Notes under the pieces: model-generated
Told to the model about the DNA's origin: nothing
Seen by the model: only the letters and a program-made list of their open reading frames with translations
Databases searched by the model: none
Source of the DNA: Deltaproteobacteria bacterium
Lineage (GTDB): Bacteria; JAGRBM01; JAHCIT01
Direction of reading: 5' to 3'
NCBI GenBank assembly: GCA_026129095.1
Contig: JAHCIT010000010.1
Span: 62,001-126,000 of the forward strand
Length of the DNA stretch: 64,000 nt
Made by a program: the position numbers and the translations under genes
Shown here: piece after piece, positions 37,391 to 48,702 of the stretch
How positions within the stretch are numbered: the first letter of the stretch is position 1
How the letters are laid out: each line of letters starts with the position of its first letter

Positions 37391-37957
37391 ATGATCAACC
37401 CGCTGGATCAGTTCATCGTCGGGCCAGTCACCGGAGAACTGGAACTGGAGCGGTACGTGATCGGTATCGCGTCACCGGTGGAAGACGTGTTTGAGGTAAT
37501 TGGTGGATACCGGTTCCTGCGCCAGATGCTCGGATTGCCCCAGGAGACAACCGGCAGCGGAGAAGTGTCGGCTTCGCGGATGGGCTACCGCTTCACCTTT
37601 CCGGACCGGGACAGCATGGACAAAGGGGACGCTATTTCGCTGAACCCGCTGTTCGAGAGCCTGAAGATCGGATTCGAGGTGAGCAAGGTCCAAAAAGACC
37701 ACCGCGTGCGCCTGCGCTATACGGACGGGCCGCTGGAGGGGAAGCTGACCTGGACCCTGGAGCCTGATCCCAAGGACGACAACCGGACCATTCTCGAGTT
37801 TACCGCCGACTGTTCTATCGAAGACCCATGGTTCCGTCTCGTGTGGCTGCTGTTCTTCCAGTGGGTCCACTATTTCGTGATCGGACTGATGCTGCTTGAG
37901 ATAAAGCGCGCTGCCGAGCGGCAGCGGACCGGGGAGCCTGGACTTCAGCCAGCCTGA
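37391..37957 (+). CDS. SRPBCC (START-like) family protein
   Basis: IASPVEDVF..GPLEGKLTWTLEP..TILEF followed by a C-terminal helix. GGAGG RBS. Confidence 0.6.
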   Translation: MINPLDQFIVGPVTGELELERYVIGIASPVEDVFEVIGGYRFLRQMLGLPQETTGSGEVSASRMGYRFTFPDRDSMDKGDAISLNPLFESLKIGFEVSKVQKDHRVRLRYTDGPLEGKLTWTLEPDPKDDNRTILEFTADCSIEDPWFRLVWLLFFQWVHYFVIGLMLLEIKRAAERQRTGEPGLQPA

Positions 37958-37969
37958 GAAACTGACCGG

Positions 37970-38779
37970 TTATCCCTGGACGAAGACGATCTCGCCGGAA
38001 ACGCCGTCGTAGCTCGACAGTTCCTTCGAGACCTTGAACTTGGGGACCGGGCTCTTGCGGGACCAGCCCTTCGGGTCGAACTTGCCCGCTTCAAGCACGC
38101 TCCGCACGAGCTGTCCGCGCAGGACTTTCGCGCCGTGGGTAATCGAGGTGAACCTGACCTTGGAACCCTTGCCGCTCGTCTTGCCGAACTTCACCTGAAC
38201 CCAGGCAATCGCACCTGACGGCGGGGCAATGGTCTTGGCATGTTCCTCGGGTAGAAGGTCGAGAACGCCACGGCCCTTCAGCTCACGGATCCACAGATGC
38301 GCCAGTTCGCCCTTCCAGTACCGGGTCAAAGGCCCCACGTCGGGGAGCTGGGCACCGATCTTGAGCTTGTAGTCAGGAATGAGATCGCCTGGCGTCACAA
38401 TCCCCAGCAGTCCAGAAACAATGAGGCCCGCCTTTTTAAAGAGCTGAACCGCATCGGAGGGCAGGCTGGACGGATCAATCGCCGCATACATGTCGCCCGC
38501 GTATCGTTCGAGGGCAGTCATTGTGGGCGCATTGGCCAGATCGAGATTCGTTTCAATGGCCTTTTCGAGGGCCTTGCCCTTGAGGTCGAACAGGTCAGCC
38601 AGACGAACCTTGGCGGTTATGGCCTGCTTCAAAGCAGTTGCGACGCGATCGCGTTCACCTGCCAGCTCGGCAAACCGGTTTACTTTCGGGTCCGCCTTGA
38701 CCTGGCTCCAGGGTGTAGTGCCCCCGGGAGCCTTCCGTTCGGAAGGAGCGATCAGGATTCGGAAACCGGGGTCTGCCAT
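37970..38779 (-). CDS. yaaA: YaaA (DUF328) peroxide-stress family protein
   Basis: ILIAPSERK, ALERYAGDMY, SGLLG..DLIPDYKL, AKVLRG. Confidence 0.8.
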   Translation of the reverse strand: MADPGFRILIAPSERKAPGGTTPWSQVKADPKVNRFAELAGERDRVATALKQAITAKVRLADLFDLKGKALEKAIETNLDLANAPTMTALERYAGDMYAAIDPSSLPSDAVQLFKKAGLIVSGLLGIVTPGDLIPDYKLKIGAQLPDVGPLTRYWKGELAHLWIRELKGRGVLDLLPEEHAKTIAPPSGAIAWVQVKFGKTSGKGSKVRFTSITHGAKVLRGQLVRSVLEAGKFDPKGWSRKSPVPKFKVSKELSSYDGVSGEIVFVQG

Positions 38780-38938
38780 CTGATACTGACTGCTCTCTCC
38801 CTGGCTCACCGCTGGCAAACAGGGGTCGGCATTAAGACCATGGATGGCCAGTAAAATCAATACCGCGCCGCGTTAATACTGGCTGGGCAGGGGATTCCGA
38901 GCCCCAAGCAGCGGTGGATAATGCCCTGAAGAGGACCG

Positions 38939-39259
38939 TCAGCCGCTGTTTTTGCCTACCAGCTTGAGGGGTTGCCGCGTCCGGACAGGGATTCCCCGGT
39001 CCTTGAGGGCATCCTTGAGCAGACTGCCGGCAGCAAGAATGGCCTCACGCCGGTTTTTCTGCCGGGATGCCTCGTAGGGATCCCGCCGGGGCCGGGAGAG
39101 GGTTTCCTCCTCCTGCGGCAGCGGCAGGTTCTGCCAGGCCATCGTGCTCGCAACGCCGTTGGGCGGAGCGGCCGGTTCCAGCCGGGCGCCGAGCGATGAG
39201 GCCGGTGCACGGAACGGAACATCGAGTTGGTTGGGTTTTACAGGGTGGTTGAGTTTCAT
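38939..39259 (-). CDS. Small hypothetical protein translationally coupled to the giant surface protein
   Basis: ATGA overlap, GAGAAAGGA RBS, 106 aa. Confidence 0.55.
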   Translation of the reverse strand: MKLNHPVKPNQLDVPFRAPASSLGARLEPAAPPNGVASTMAWQNLPLPQEEETLSRPRRDPYEASRQKNRREAILAAGSLLKDALKDRGIPVRTRQPLKLVGKNSG

Positions 39260-42200
39260 GGGAGGTTTCCTTTCTCCATGAATTGGCAGGTGTGGCCTTC
39301 GGCCACGGTGAAGACCTTGGGTTTGGACTCTGCCCGGGCGGAAGCTGGCCGCACGGATGAATAGAGGGAACTGAAAAGGCCCCGCATGGCGGCCTTCGCC
39401 TGACGGAGCACCCGGTTCCACAGGTTTTCCGGACCGGCATAGGCGTACGCAGTGCGGTCAGGATCGAAGCGGTCCTGTTCGATCCATGGGGCTGCCCAGG
39501 CATAGTTGACCGGGCGCGGGTAGGTGCACCCATTCCGGAAATCGATGACCGTGACGGTGTGCTCACCGGCCACGTACAGCAACTCCCCGTTGGGATCCGC
39601 CGCCACGCGCTGGAAATTCCCGTCTGGCGGCGTCACCGGGATGTTGATCTGGAAGGCCCGGTGGTTCTGCGCGGGACTGACAAGGAATACCCGGCGGCCG
39701 CCGTCCGTGACGGCGACATAGTTACCGATCACATCCAGCGACGTGATGGGAAGCAATGCAACGGGCGTGATGACTGCGGGGCTGGAGCCGCTGCCGGAAA
39801 GCTTCAGCAGGTTCATGCCGGAGGACAGGTAGAAGAAACCGCTCGCCGGGTGATAGACGAGCGACCGGCGTCCAATGCCCGCAGGGTCGGTGGGAGCCGG
39901 AATGTTCGTCACCGGGATCGCATGCTCGGCGATGGCGGCAGCACTGTCGACGTCGATGACCAGCGCCCGGCTCGTAGTCCGTTCCCTGACGATGAGGCGG
40001 CTCCCGTCCCCATTGAAGACCAGTTCAGCCGGTCCTTCTCCGGTCGGGATCAGGTATTCATCATCGTCATCGTCCAGCCTGTAGAGGCCCGCCATCCGGG
40101 CATCCGGATCAATGGCGGCGAGGGTATCGCCGCCGGGCGAGACAGCCAGCCGGACCGGGCTGATCGTGACGGCAATGACCCGGTCCAGGATGCCGGTATC
40201 GTTCAGGTAAACCTCGATCTGCTCCTGTCCGTGCCGGTATGAGTAGGTGCGCGTCCCATCGGTGACGGGCGGGGTAATATGCGTACCGGTGTAGCTGTCG
40301 GGACCAGACCAGACGGTTCCGGATCCGTCAGCCATGAGCAGCGTGTAACGCCCGCCACTACGGCCTGTATCAATCTGCCCGACGACCGGTTCTGAGCCGG
40401 CTGTGGCCAGTGCTGCCGGCAGGCCCGGCAGTTCCTGCCGTGAGACAGTAATCGTGGGACTCTGGCCCGCAACCTGCCACAGCCGCCGTGCCCGGCGGTC
40501 GGTGACCTGCAGCCGCCCGGTGTCGTCAACGGCAAGTATGCCTGCCTGTGCCGCAGGCCGGTCGATGGAGATGACGTCGCTCTCGCCGGGAACGACCCGA
40601 ACGAGGTCGCCGCCCGCCGTGAGCACATAGTAGCGGCCTCCGGCGGCACGAATGGACAGCGGCTCGTCATTGGTTAGATCAATCGTCCGGGTGTCGTACG
40701 GAGCATCGGTTCCCGTAACGATGGTCAGGCGCGAAGCGCCTGATTTCCTCGCCTCCAGGATGGCAAACTCGTCTACGCTGGCCGTGGCGATGAAATCCCC
40801 GGCGCGTGAGGGGGTTTTCGCCGGAAGGTTCAGCGCGACATCTCCCAGATCGGGCAAGTCAGTCACCGAGCCGGTGAAGAAGGCCAGCATTGACCGGTAA
40901 AGGCTGCGGCTTGTGGTGGCCTCACCGGAGCCCAGACCACGGACAGCCACCAGTTCGCCTTCAGGCGTGTATATGGCGTCGTAACGGCTGGGCGGATCGT
41001 TCCCGAGACTCCGGTGCACGATTACCGCGCCGTCATCGGAAACCTCCGTGATCCCTGCGGCATGTATGACCGCAATGACCCCGGTATCAGGGTTGGCAGT
41101 CACTCCGGTGATCTCTGTTTCCGGTGTGAAGGGAACATCGAAAAGCACTGCCGGGATGGCGGGGTTCACGAAGTCGATCCGCCGGTTGTCCCGGTCGGCG
41201 ACCACAAACCGGCCGGACCAGGGTGATGCGATGAGCGAGAGCGCGCCGGGGTTCGCACGGTCCAGATCGACCGAGCCGGTGCTGGGTCCGCCTGTGGTAT
41301 CAAAAAAGACGAGCCGGCCTCCGGTGTTGCTGGTGAGCACACCCACCCGGCCGGTGCCGGTATCAACGGCGATGTCGAGCGCTGGCGCGGGAAGCGTGGC
41401 GGCCGTCGTGACCGACAGGTCGTCCAGGTTCACCCGATCAAGAGACGCATCGCCTGCTATCCACAGAAGCCGGCGGACGGTGTCGTGCGCCATCATTTTC
41501 CCGGCGCCGCCGGGCAGGGCGAAATCGTGCCGGGTGCCTGCCGCCCAGTCCCGGTAGAACAGCGAGGCAACACCCTGCTGGAGGACGAATTGCAGTTCGC
41601 CATCAACAGCCTGGTTGAGGGCGCGGCCATACTGCCTTGAAGCGCTGGTCAGGCTGACCGGCTGCACACACAGCCGTTTCACGTTGACCGTCACCGTGTC
41701 CGTGTGCGTCTGGAACTGGTTGTCGGTTACCTGAAGCTGGAATGTGAATGCCGTGTCCGTCCCGGCATTGATCGCAGCCAGGGTAATGGTCGAGGTCGTC
41801 TTGTTCACGGCGGCCCAGCCGGGAATATGCGCGGGATTGCCGGCGGTCATGCTCCAGAGGTAGGTGAGGCCGCCGCCTTCCGGGTCGTAGGAGGCCGTGC
41901 CATCAATAAACAGGGGCGTCGTGTCGAAAACGAACTGATCGGGACCTGCATTGGCGACCGGCGGGTAGTTGGAAGTCGATATCGTGATAATGACGGTATC
42001 CGATGCGCTGGCTGTAAAGACGTCGGTCGCGGTGAGCTGGAAGATGAGCGTAATGTCGCCGCCCGATGCATCCGGCGGGTTGAACGATGGATCCGCAGTG
42101 GTCTGTCCGGTGATGCCCACGTCCGGTCCCGAAAGCTGGGTCCATAGAAGCGAGTAGGAATCCCCTTCGGGGTCCACGGCCGAACCGGAGAGCGAATAAG

Positions 42201-44790
42201 GCGCGCTATCCGGAATTGTGACGTCTGGTCCGGCACTGACGAGTGGGGGCTGATTGACATTGGTAATCGTCACAATGACTGAGTCCGACGCCGAAGCGCC
42301 TGCCGGGTCAGTCGCTGTCACCTGAAACGTGAGCAGGACAGGTGTGTTGCTCAGCAGTTCCGGCGCAAAGAAACTCACAATGGCGCCCGCCCCCTGGATG
42401 GTCACGAAGGGAGAGCCGCCGGTCTGTACCCATTCGAAGGTGACGGCACCGCCCTCGGGGTCGCTGGTACCAGAGGCGTCGAGAATCACCATCGTGAGTT
42501 CAGGAGCGGAGAAGTTCGGGCCAGCATCTACCGCCGGGGGCATGTTGGCCGTCAGGGTGACCGGTCCGGCGGCGAGGTCTGACGTATTGCTGCGCCCGTC
42601 TGCTGCCTCGACGAGGACCGTATAGGCACCCGCCTGGTCAACATCATCGAGGGTTCCGCCCCACAGACCTTCGCCAAGGGCTGCCAGCTCGAAGCTGTAG
42701 GGCCCGCCGGGGCCTGACACTGCTGCCGTTACAGCGGCGACTCCAGAAAGCGGATCGCCGGCAAGCACGGTCACCTGCAAAGAAACCGATCCGCCAGTCG
42801 AGATCACCGTCGAGGAGGCGGTGAAGTCGAGGTCCGAAAGCTCCGGACCGGTGGTGTCGATGGTAAAACCGCCGGTAACCGGGACGGGGTCAGCATTGCT
42901 GAACAGGTCAACCGCATAGACGGAAAATTCATAGTTTCCGTCATCGAGACCAGTTGCCTCGTAAGCAGCGGTGAACCCGTTTGCCGATTCGGCGCTGGCG
43001 TCAGGCTCGGTGATGCCGGTCGTGAGGTTGTGAAGCTGGATCGTGAACGAGGCGATTTTCCCCGCCGGGTCGGATCCGCCCTGGGTGTCATCGCCGTAAA
43101 GGGTCAGGCGAAGGTCGTTGCCGTTTGTTTGCGGAACTCCACCCGCCAGGATCTCGATGTCCGGGGAATAGGTTTCTGGCGCCAGCAGGTCGTTGCTGGC
43201 CCGCTCAACAGCGTCCACCTTGGCGGGTGTGTTGTCGTTCAGGGCGATGGTCACGTACCGGTAGAGCGTCCCGTCACTGCCCGCATCGAGAGCGAACCGG
43301 CCGGAGCCGATCGAACCGGAGTTGGGAGCCTGTGCAAGCGCCAGCCGTGCAAGCGTGGTAGTGGTCTGCGACAGCCATACCAGCACCGACGACCGGTAGG
43401 GGCCCGCCATATCGAGCCAGGCGTCGGCTGCCCGTGAGGGACGGGCCTGAATCCATTCGCAGGGATCGGGGCCCATGTCGAGGAGAAGATATGCTCCATT
43501 GGCAAGTTGCGAGACGAGCGAGAGATTCGCCGGAGCAAGTCCCACGACCGGAGGCTGCGAGCCGCTGAGAACCGCCGTGACGGGATCGGGCGCGCCGGTG
43601 GCGCGGTCGGCCTCCTGGGTGCCGTTCTGGGCGGCGACGGAATCGGCAAAGGCATCACAGGGAACCAGAAGTGCATCACGTCCGTCGCCCGGCGGCGGGA
43701 CGATGGTGAGCAGGAACGTGCGGCGATCCTCATTCAGATCCTGGTCGCGGACTGAGAGGTCAAATACATAAGTACCAGCAGTCGCTGGTGTGCCCGACAG
43801 GAGCCCTCCGGAGCTGATGGTCATGCCCGAGGGGAACGAACCGCTGCGGAACGCCCAGCTGACCGCGCCGGTGCCGCCGCTGGAAAGAAGCTGGAACGAG
43901 TAGGGAGTCCCCTGGTTTCCGGCGGGAAGAGTCAGCGACAGGATCGCGGGTTTTGTTATGTCAATAACGGTGATCCGGGCAAGCTGGGTCACAGGGGAAA
44001 GCCCGCCCGAACCAAGCAGCCGAAGGGTTCTGTGACCGGGCCCGGCAGTGGAAGCTGCGGTCAGGCTGATTTGCACCGTGTCGGCAGTGGCACCACTAAT
44101 GGAGTCGACGGTGAGTCCCGCCAAGCCTTCCATCACGCCGGCAGTGACCGTTTCCAGATTGTGTCCGGTGACGGTGATCTCAAGCGTGTTGCCCGGCAGC
44201 ACTGCTGCTGCCGACAGGCTCACGATCTCCGGCTGCGGCATGGAACTGTCGAGCACGTTCGTCTCGTCCCAGGGGGTGTCGGCATCGATGCCGGCTGCGA
44301 GGATTCGCCCGATAAGCCGCAGCGAAACCTGATCCGCGCCGTGCGCGGCAAGACGCTGCCGGATCGTGCCGCCTGAGGTGGCGGGGCCATCAAGCAGTGC
44401 CGCCGTGTCGAACTGGCCGGTAAAGAGATTTTCCCGCGCCGGATCCTGCAGCGTCATGGTCAGCAGATCGGTAGAGATGATCTCGCCGGTTTCATCGGGC
44501 GACAGGTAGGAGAGCCGGGCCTCGGCCTGAAACAGGATGCTCTCGGGATACAGGTCGCCGCGCAGCTTCACCTCGACTGTGATTGAGGCGGGCGGGTTGG
44601 AAGCGGGGAAGATCGACGGGGCGACAGCGATCCGTTCGGCCTGGGCGCGGAGCACCGGAGGGCCCGGCTCGACGATTGGCGGCGGGCCGCCAACCTGGCA
44701 GGCTGGTATCACGGCGGCAGCACAAAAGAGGCCCGCGAGAGCGAGTCCTCGCCCCGTGCGTGATGCGGCTCCGGTGAAAATTCTCAGCAA
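39256..44790 (-). CDS. Giant surface lipoprotein with Ig-like, putative-Ig, three PKD/REJ-type repeats and C-terminal beta-propeller region
   Basis: 1844 aa. Lipobox-like IPAC. PSGMTISSGGLLSGTP. Repeats NMPPAVDAGP / NQPPLVSAGP / NYPPVANAGP..SxDPEG..LTFQVT. YncE-like repeats (IPTGEGPAELVFNGDG). Confidence 0.85.
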   Translation of the reverse strand: MLRIFTGAASRTGRGLALAGLFCAAAVIPACQVGGPPPIVEPGPPVLRAQAERIAVAPSIFPASNPPASITVEVKLRGDLYPESILFQAEARLSYLSPDETGEIISTDLLTMTLQDPARENLFTGQFDTAALLDGPATSGGTIRQRLAAHGADQVSLRLIGRILAAGIDADTPWDETNVLDSSMPQPEIVSLSAAAVLPGNTLEITVTGHNLETVTAGVMEGLAGLTVDSISGATADTVQISLTAASTAGPGHRTLRLLGSGGLSPVTQLARITVIDITKPAILSLTLPAGNQGTPYSFQLLSSGGTGAVSWAFRSGSFPSGMTISSGGLLSGTPATAGTYVFDLSVRDQDLNEDRRTFLLTIVPPPGDGRDALLVPCDAFADSVAAQNGTQEADRATGAPDPVTAVLSGSQPPVVGLAPANLSLVSQLANGAYLLLDMGPDPCEWIQARPSRAADAWLDMAGPYRSSVLVWLSQTTTTLARLALAQAPNSGSIGSGRFALDAGSDGTLYRYVTIALNDNTPAKVDAVERASNDLLAPETYSPDIEILAGGVPQTNGNDLRLTLYGDDTQGGSDPAGKIASFTIQLHNLTTGITEPDASAESANGFTAAYEATGLDDGNYEFSVYAVDLFSNADPVPVTGGFTIDTTGPELSDLDFTASSTVISTGGSVSLQVTVLAGDPLSGVAAVTAAVSGPGGPYSFELAALGEGLWGGTLDDVDQAGAYTVLVEAADGRSNTSDLAAGPVTLTANMPPAVDAGPNFSAPELTMVILDASGTSDPEGGAVTFEWVQTGGSPFVTIQGAGAIVSFFAPELLSNTPVLLTFQVTATDPAGASASDSVIVTITNVNQPPLVSAGPDVTIPDSAPYSLSGSAVDPEGDSYSLLWTQLSGPDVGITGQTTADPSFNPPDASGGDITLIFQLTATDVFTASASDTVIITISTSNYPPVANAGPDQFVFDTTPLFIDGTASYDPEGGGLTYLWSMTAGNPAHIPGWAAVNKTTSTITLAAINAGTDTAFTFQLQVTDNQFQTHTDTVTVNVKRLCVQPVSLTSASRQYGRALNQAVDGELQFVLQQGVASLFYRDWAAGTRHDFALPGGAGKMMAHDTVRRLLWIAGDASLDRVNLDDLSVTTAATLPAPALDIAVDTGTGRVGVLTSNTGGRLVFFDTTGGPSTGSVDLDRANPGALSLIASPWSGRFVVADRDNRRIDFVNPAIPAVLFDVPFTPETEITGVTANPDTGVIAVIHAAGITEVSDDGAVIVHRSLGNDPPSRYDAIYTPEGELVAVRGLGSGEATTSRSLYRSMLAFFTGSVTDLPDLGDVALNLPAKTPSRAGDFIATASVDEFAILEARKSGASRLTIVTGTDAPYDTRTIDLTNDEPLSIRAAGGRYYVLTAGGDLVRVVPGESDVISIDRPAAQAGILAVDDTGRLQVTDRRARRLWQVAGQSPTITVSRQELPGLPAALATAGSEPVVGQIDTGRSGGRYTLLMADGSGTVWSGPDSYTGTHITPPVTDGTRTYSYRHGQEQIEVYLNDTGILDRVIAVTISPVRLAVSPGGDTLAAIDPDARMAGLYRLDDDDDEYLIPTGEGPAELVFNGDGSRLIVRERTTSRALVIDVDSAAAIAEHAIPVTNIPAPTDPAGIGRRSLVYHPASGFFYLSSGMNLLKLSGSGSSPAVITPVALLPITSLDVIGNYVAVTDGGRRVFLVSPAQNHRAFQINIPVTPPDGNFQRVAADPNGELLYVAGEHTVTVIDFRNGCTYPRPVNYAWAAPWIEQDRFDPDRTAYAYAGPENLWNRVLRQAKAAMRGLFSSLYSSVRPASARAESKPKVFTVAEGHTCQFMEKGNLP

Positions 44791-44835
44791 TTTCCGGCCT
44801 TTCCTGCTGTTTCGTGCGCTTCTGTACTAAGGATA

Positions 44836-44851
44836 CGCAAATCCCGTGCCG
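44836..44851 (-). promoter_or_regulatory. Sigma54 (-24/-12) promoter
   Basis: CGGCACGGGATTTGCG matches TGGCACG-N4-TTGC, about 45 nt upstream of the giant-protein start. Confidence 0.8.
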
Positions 44852-44888
44852 CTGGCCGAACCGCCCCAATGCCAGTATTCAGTAATTA

Positions 44889-44901
44889 TTTCAAGTAGTT
44901 A
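44889..44901 (+). promoter_or_regulatory. IHF-like site between UAS and sigma54 promoter
   Basis: TTTCAAGTAGTTA vs WATCAANNNNTTR (1 mismatch), AT-rich flank. Confidence 0.55.
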
Positions 44902-44937
44902 GCCTACACCTGTAAGGCTGTCGTCATAGCATGATCT

Positions 44938-44963
44938 GCTATGTCCGGAAAACCGGACATAGC
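44938..44963. promoter_or_regulatory. Perfect palindrome, candidate enhancer (UAS) for the adjacent activator
   Basis: GCTATGTCCGG-AAAA-CCGGACATAGC, with an extra half site CGGACAT at 44974-44980. Confidence 0.6.
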
Positions 44964-45014
44964 CCACTCCAAACGGACATTCTTGCCGCTCTGAGGTGCG
45001 GAGCCAGCGGGAGT

Positions 45015-47912
45015 CTAGTTGGCCTGACCGGCCTCGGGCTCCAGCGTTTTCAAGAGTTCATACAGCCGGGACCGGCTGATACCGAGCAGCTTGGCGGCGG
45101 CCTTGCGGTTGCCACCGGTGATGGCGAGCGCCTCCCGGACCGATTCGGCCCGGGTCTGCCCCAGCCGGTTCTGGTAGCGGGAACCGTCCATGGCACCGGG
45201 CAGGCTGCCCGGTGCGGGCGCGAAGCTCGCCAGCTCCAGGACCGGGCCGTCCTCGAGCAGCAGGGCACGGTGGATGACGTTCTTCAGTTCGCGCACGTTC
45301 CCGGGCCAGGGGTAGTCGAGCAGCGCGGCGCGGGCATGCTCGGAGAACCCGGTTACGTCCCGCCCCAAAGAACGGGCAAGCTGTTCCAGGAATCCACTCG
45401 CGAGCGGCAGGATGTCATCCCGCCGCTCGCGGAGCGGCGGGATATCGATAGAGAAAACATTCAGGCGGTAAAAAAGATCCTCGCGGAACTCGCCCCGCGC
45501 CATCATGGTCTCCAGATCCCGGTTGGTGGCAGCGACGACCCGGATATCGACTGGCGTTTCCCGCGTGGAGCCAAGGCGCGTGATGACCTTTTCCTCCAGG
45601 ACACGGAGGAGCTTCACCTGCCCGGCGAGCGGCAGGTCGCCTATTTCGTCCAGCAGAACCGTTCCACCGGATGCGATTTCGAGCAGGCCGGTCTTGCGGC
45701 GCGTGGCGCCGGTGAAGGCGCCAGCCTCGTGTCCGAACAGTTCGGACTCCAGCAGACTCGCCGGGATGGCCGGCAGATTGATCCGGACGAACGGACCGCC
45801 GGAACGGTCTGACAGGCGGTGGATTTCGCGGGCAAGCACTTCCTTGCCGCTGCCGGTTTCGCCGCGAAGAAGCACGGAGCCAGTGCCGTGCGCGGCGGCG
45901 CGGACCAGACGCAGGGTTTCGCGGAAACGGGCAGACTGGGGGCTTACGACTGCGTACTCCGCGTCCATCTGGTTCTTGAGGTAGCTCAGTTCCGTGGAGA
46001 GTTGTGCCTCATGCTCACGTACGCGCCGGATGCGGTCGGAGTTCGACAGGGCGAGTCCGGCCTGATCGCAGAACGCCTCGATGAGGAACAGGTTTTCAGT
46101 GCTGAAGGCACCCGGCGAATGGCGCTTGTGCAGGTATACAAGCCCCAGCACCCGTCCCAGGGCACGAATCGGCACCACCATGACCGAGAGGACTTCGAGG
46201 TCGCGCATCGTCTGGTCGAGATCGGCCGGTAGCGCGCTCTCGATGCTGAGGGCCGATTCGCCGGTGACGCGGACCTTCTCCGCCAGCGGCTGCACGATAT
46301 CCCAGTAGGCGACCTTCACCTGATGGGGGTTCATGCGGCCCGTTTCGGCCGACATGGCGGCACGCACCTCGTCACCAATAAAGAGGTACCCCTCATCGGG
46401 CTGGGACAGGTTCATCGCTTCTTCCAGTATGGAGAAAAGGAACCCCTCGGCGTCTGTATCGTCCAGTCCAGCGTTCAGCCGCTTGTTGAAAGCGAGGATC
46501 TTGAGCAGCACGAAGCTCGACTTGTCGAGGGCCAGTTGCCGGCAATCGCGCTCGAAGGCGGCAAATTCAGGGCGCTGGTCGAAGCCCTCGCGGGCCGCCG
46601 CCGGCACGTTGCCCCGGATTTCCTCGTGAATGTCGTAGGCACGCATGAACTTCTCGCGGGCAAGGGCTGCCTCCCCGCGGGCCAGCGCCATCCGTCCAGA
46701 CAGGACTTCCGCTTCCCAGAGCTGGGCGAGGTAACCGGCCTTCCGGTAAAAGGTGGATGCCTGGGCGAGCAGTTTCTGCAGCCGTTTGGAAGATTTCGGG
46801 CCGCCGGGGGCAATCGCCACTTTTGCTTCCAGCATGGCCATCTGATGCTGGGCTGACGGGGTGTTGAGTCCCTCGGCCATCGAGCGGAACTGGCCAAGCC
46901 AGTCACTGGCAGCAGCCGTGTCGCCGCTCCGGAGCGCCAGTTCGGTCCGGGCGCCGAGGAGCAGGAGGAAGTCGTTGGAGTTCTTGAAGCCCTGAAAAAT
47001 CTCTCCCGCACGGTCCAGCTCGGCGGCAGCAGCCTCCAGCTCGCCGGTTTCCCGCAGCATTTCCGCCTTGTACACAGCGAGATGGGCCTGGTAGAGACTG
47101 AGTTCCGGTACGCGGGTGATCTCGCCGGCCCGGTTGAAGCAGTCGCGGGCACGGTCGAACTGGCGGATGATCGAGTAGAGATTTCCGAGGTTGCTGAGGA
47201 GCGCCGCCTGGTAGTTGGCCCGCCCCAGCCGGGTCATCAGGGCGAGTGCCTGCTCGTAGTAGGACAGGGCATTCTGGTAGTGGGCTCGGTCCTGGTAGAG
47301 CGACCCGAGGTTCAGGTAAATGAGGCCAAGCGAGAGCGGATCGTCCAGTTCCTCGGCGAGGCGGTAGGCTTTCAGGTACTGCTCGATGGCTGCCTGGGGC
47401 TCGTGCATGAGCTGGCAGGAAGCGGCAATCGATTGCCGGGTGCTGATGATGCCGCGCCGGTTGCCGAGCTTCTCGTAGGTGTCGAGCGCCCGGTTGAAGG
47501 CGGGAAGCGCCTGCGAAAAGTTGCCAAGATAGAAATAGGCCTGTCCCAGCGAATAGTTCAGGACGACACTGTCGGTGTCCTCATGTCCGCCGGAACCCAG
47601 CAGCTCTTCCAGCAGCACGGCGGCATCACGGTACTTGCCCGTGCGGAGCATCAGGTTGGCGAGCGCAATCGTGATCCGGAACCGGTTGGCGTTGTCTGTG
47701 TCCGCCCGGCGTGCGCTGGTCAGCGATTCCCGCGCCAGATCGTACCGGCTGAGATGCAGCTGGCAATAGCCGGTCCAGTAAAGGAACTCCGGCGTACTGC
47801 CGTAACCGGTGCGCAACCCATCCAGAAGCCCCAAGGCTTCCTCGTAGGCGCCCCGGTCGACAGCCTCCTCGACGGGCGTGGTCCACATGTCGCTCACGGG
47901 ACCAGTGTACAC
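45015..47912 (-). CDS. Sigma54-dependent enhancer-binding protein with TPR array, GAF, AAA+ and Fis-type HTH
   Basis: [50 protein letters not shown]. About 450 aa of TPR at the N-terminus. Confidence 0.93.
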   Translation of the reverse strand: MYTGPVSDMWTTPVEEAVDRGAYEEALGLLDGLRTGYGSTPEFLYWTGYCQLHLSRYDLARESLTSARRADTDNANRFRITIALANLMLRTGKYRDAAVLLEELLGSGGHEDTDSVVLNYSLGQAYFYLGNFSQALPAFNRALDTYEKLGNRRGIISTRQSIAASCQLMHEPQAAIEQYLKAYRLAEELDDPLSLGLIYLNLGSLYQDRAHYQNALSYYEQALALMTRLGRANYQAALLSNLGNLYSIIRQFDRARDCFNRAGEITRVPELSLYQAHLAVYKAEMLRETGELEAAAAELDRAGEIFQGFKNSNDFLLLLGARTELALRSGDTAAASDWLGQFRSMAEGLNTPSAQHQMAMLEAKVAIAPGGPKSSKRLQKLLAQASTFYRKAGYLAQLWEAEVLSGRMALARGEAALAREKFMRAYDIHEEIRGNVPAAAREGFDQRPEFAAFERDCRQLALDKSSFVLLKILAFNKRLNAGLDDTDAEGFLFSILEEAMNLSQPDEGYLFIGDEVRAAMSAETGRMNPHQVKVAYWDIVQPLAEKVRVTGESALSIESALPADLDQTMRDLEVLSVMVVPIRALGRVLGLVYLHKRHSPGAFSTENLFLIEAFCDQAGLALSNSDRIRRVREHEAQLSTELSYLKNQMDAEYAVVSPQSARFRETLRLVRAAAHGTGSVLLRGETGSGKEVLAREIHRLSDRSGGPFVRINLPAIPASLLESELFGHEAGAFTGATRRKTGLLEIASGGTVLLDEIGDLPLAGQVKLLRVLEEKVITRLGSTRETPVDIRVVAATNRDLETMMARGEFREDLFYRLNVFSIDIPPLRERRDDILPLASGFLEQLARSLGRDVTGFSEHARAALLDYPWPGNVRELKNVIHRALLLEDGPVLELASFAPAPGSLPGAMDGSRYQNRLGQTRAESVREALAITGGNRKAAAKLLGISRSRLYELLKTLEPEAGQAN

Positions 47913-47929
47913 CGTTTGCAGGCCGCCCG

Positions 47930-47972
47930 AAAATGAAGCCGCCCGGCCCCTTTCCGGGCGCCGGGCGTCTTC
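47930..47972 (-). terminator. Probable intrinsic terminator after tpx
   Basis: GCCCGGC..GCCGGGC hairpin followed by CATTTT on the minus strand. Confidence 0.5.
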
Positions 47973-48002
47973 CTTGGGACCTTATGGCAGGAAAATCGGG
48001 GG

Positions 48003-48521
<519 letters not shown>

Positions 48522-48702
48522 GGGTGACTCCTTGGCGGTGGCGGGCTTTGGGGATCGTGATGCCGTCAGCGCGGCGGGGTCGTTAGCATGCGCCGGACGG
48601 GAAACGGAAACGGCTGCCCCGGCAAACGCCAGGACAGCCGTTCCGAAAGCCGCTGGAATCCGGTTCATTGCTGGCCGGTGCCCAGGGGCCGCGCCGTGCG
48701 AC

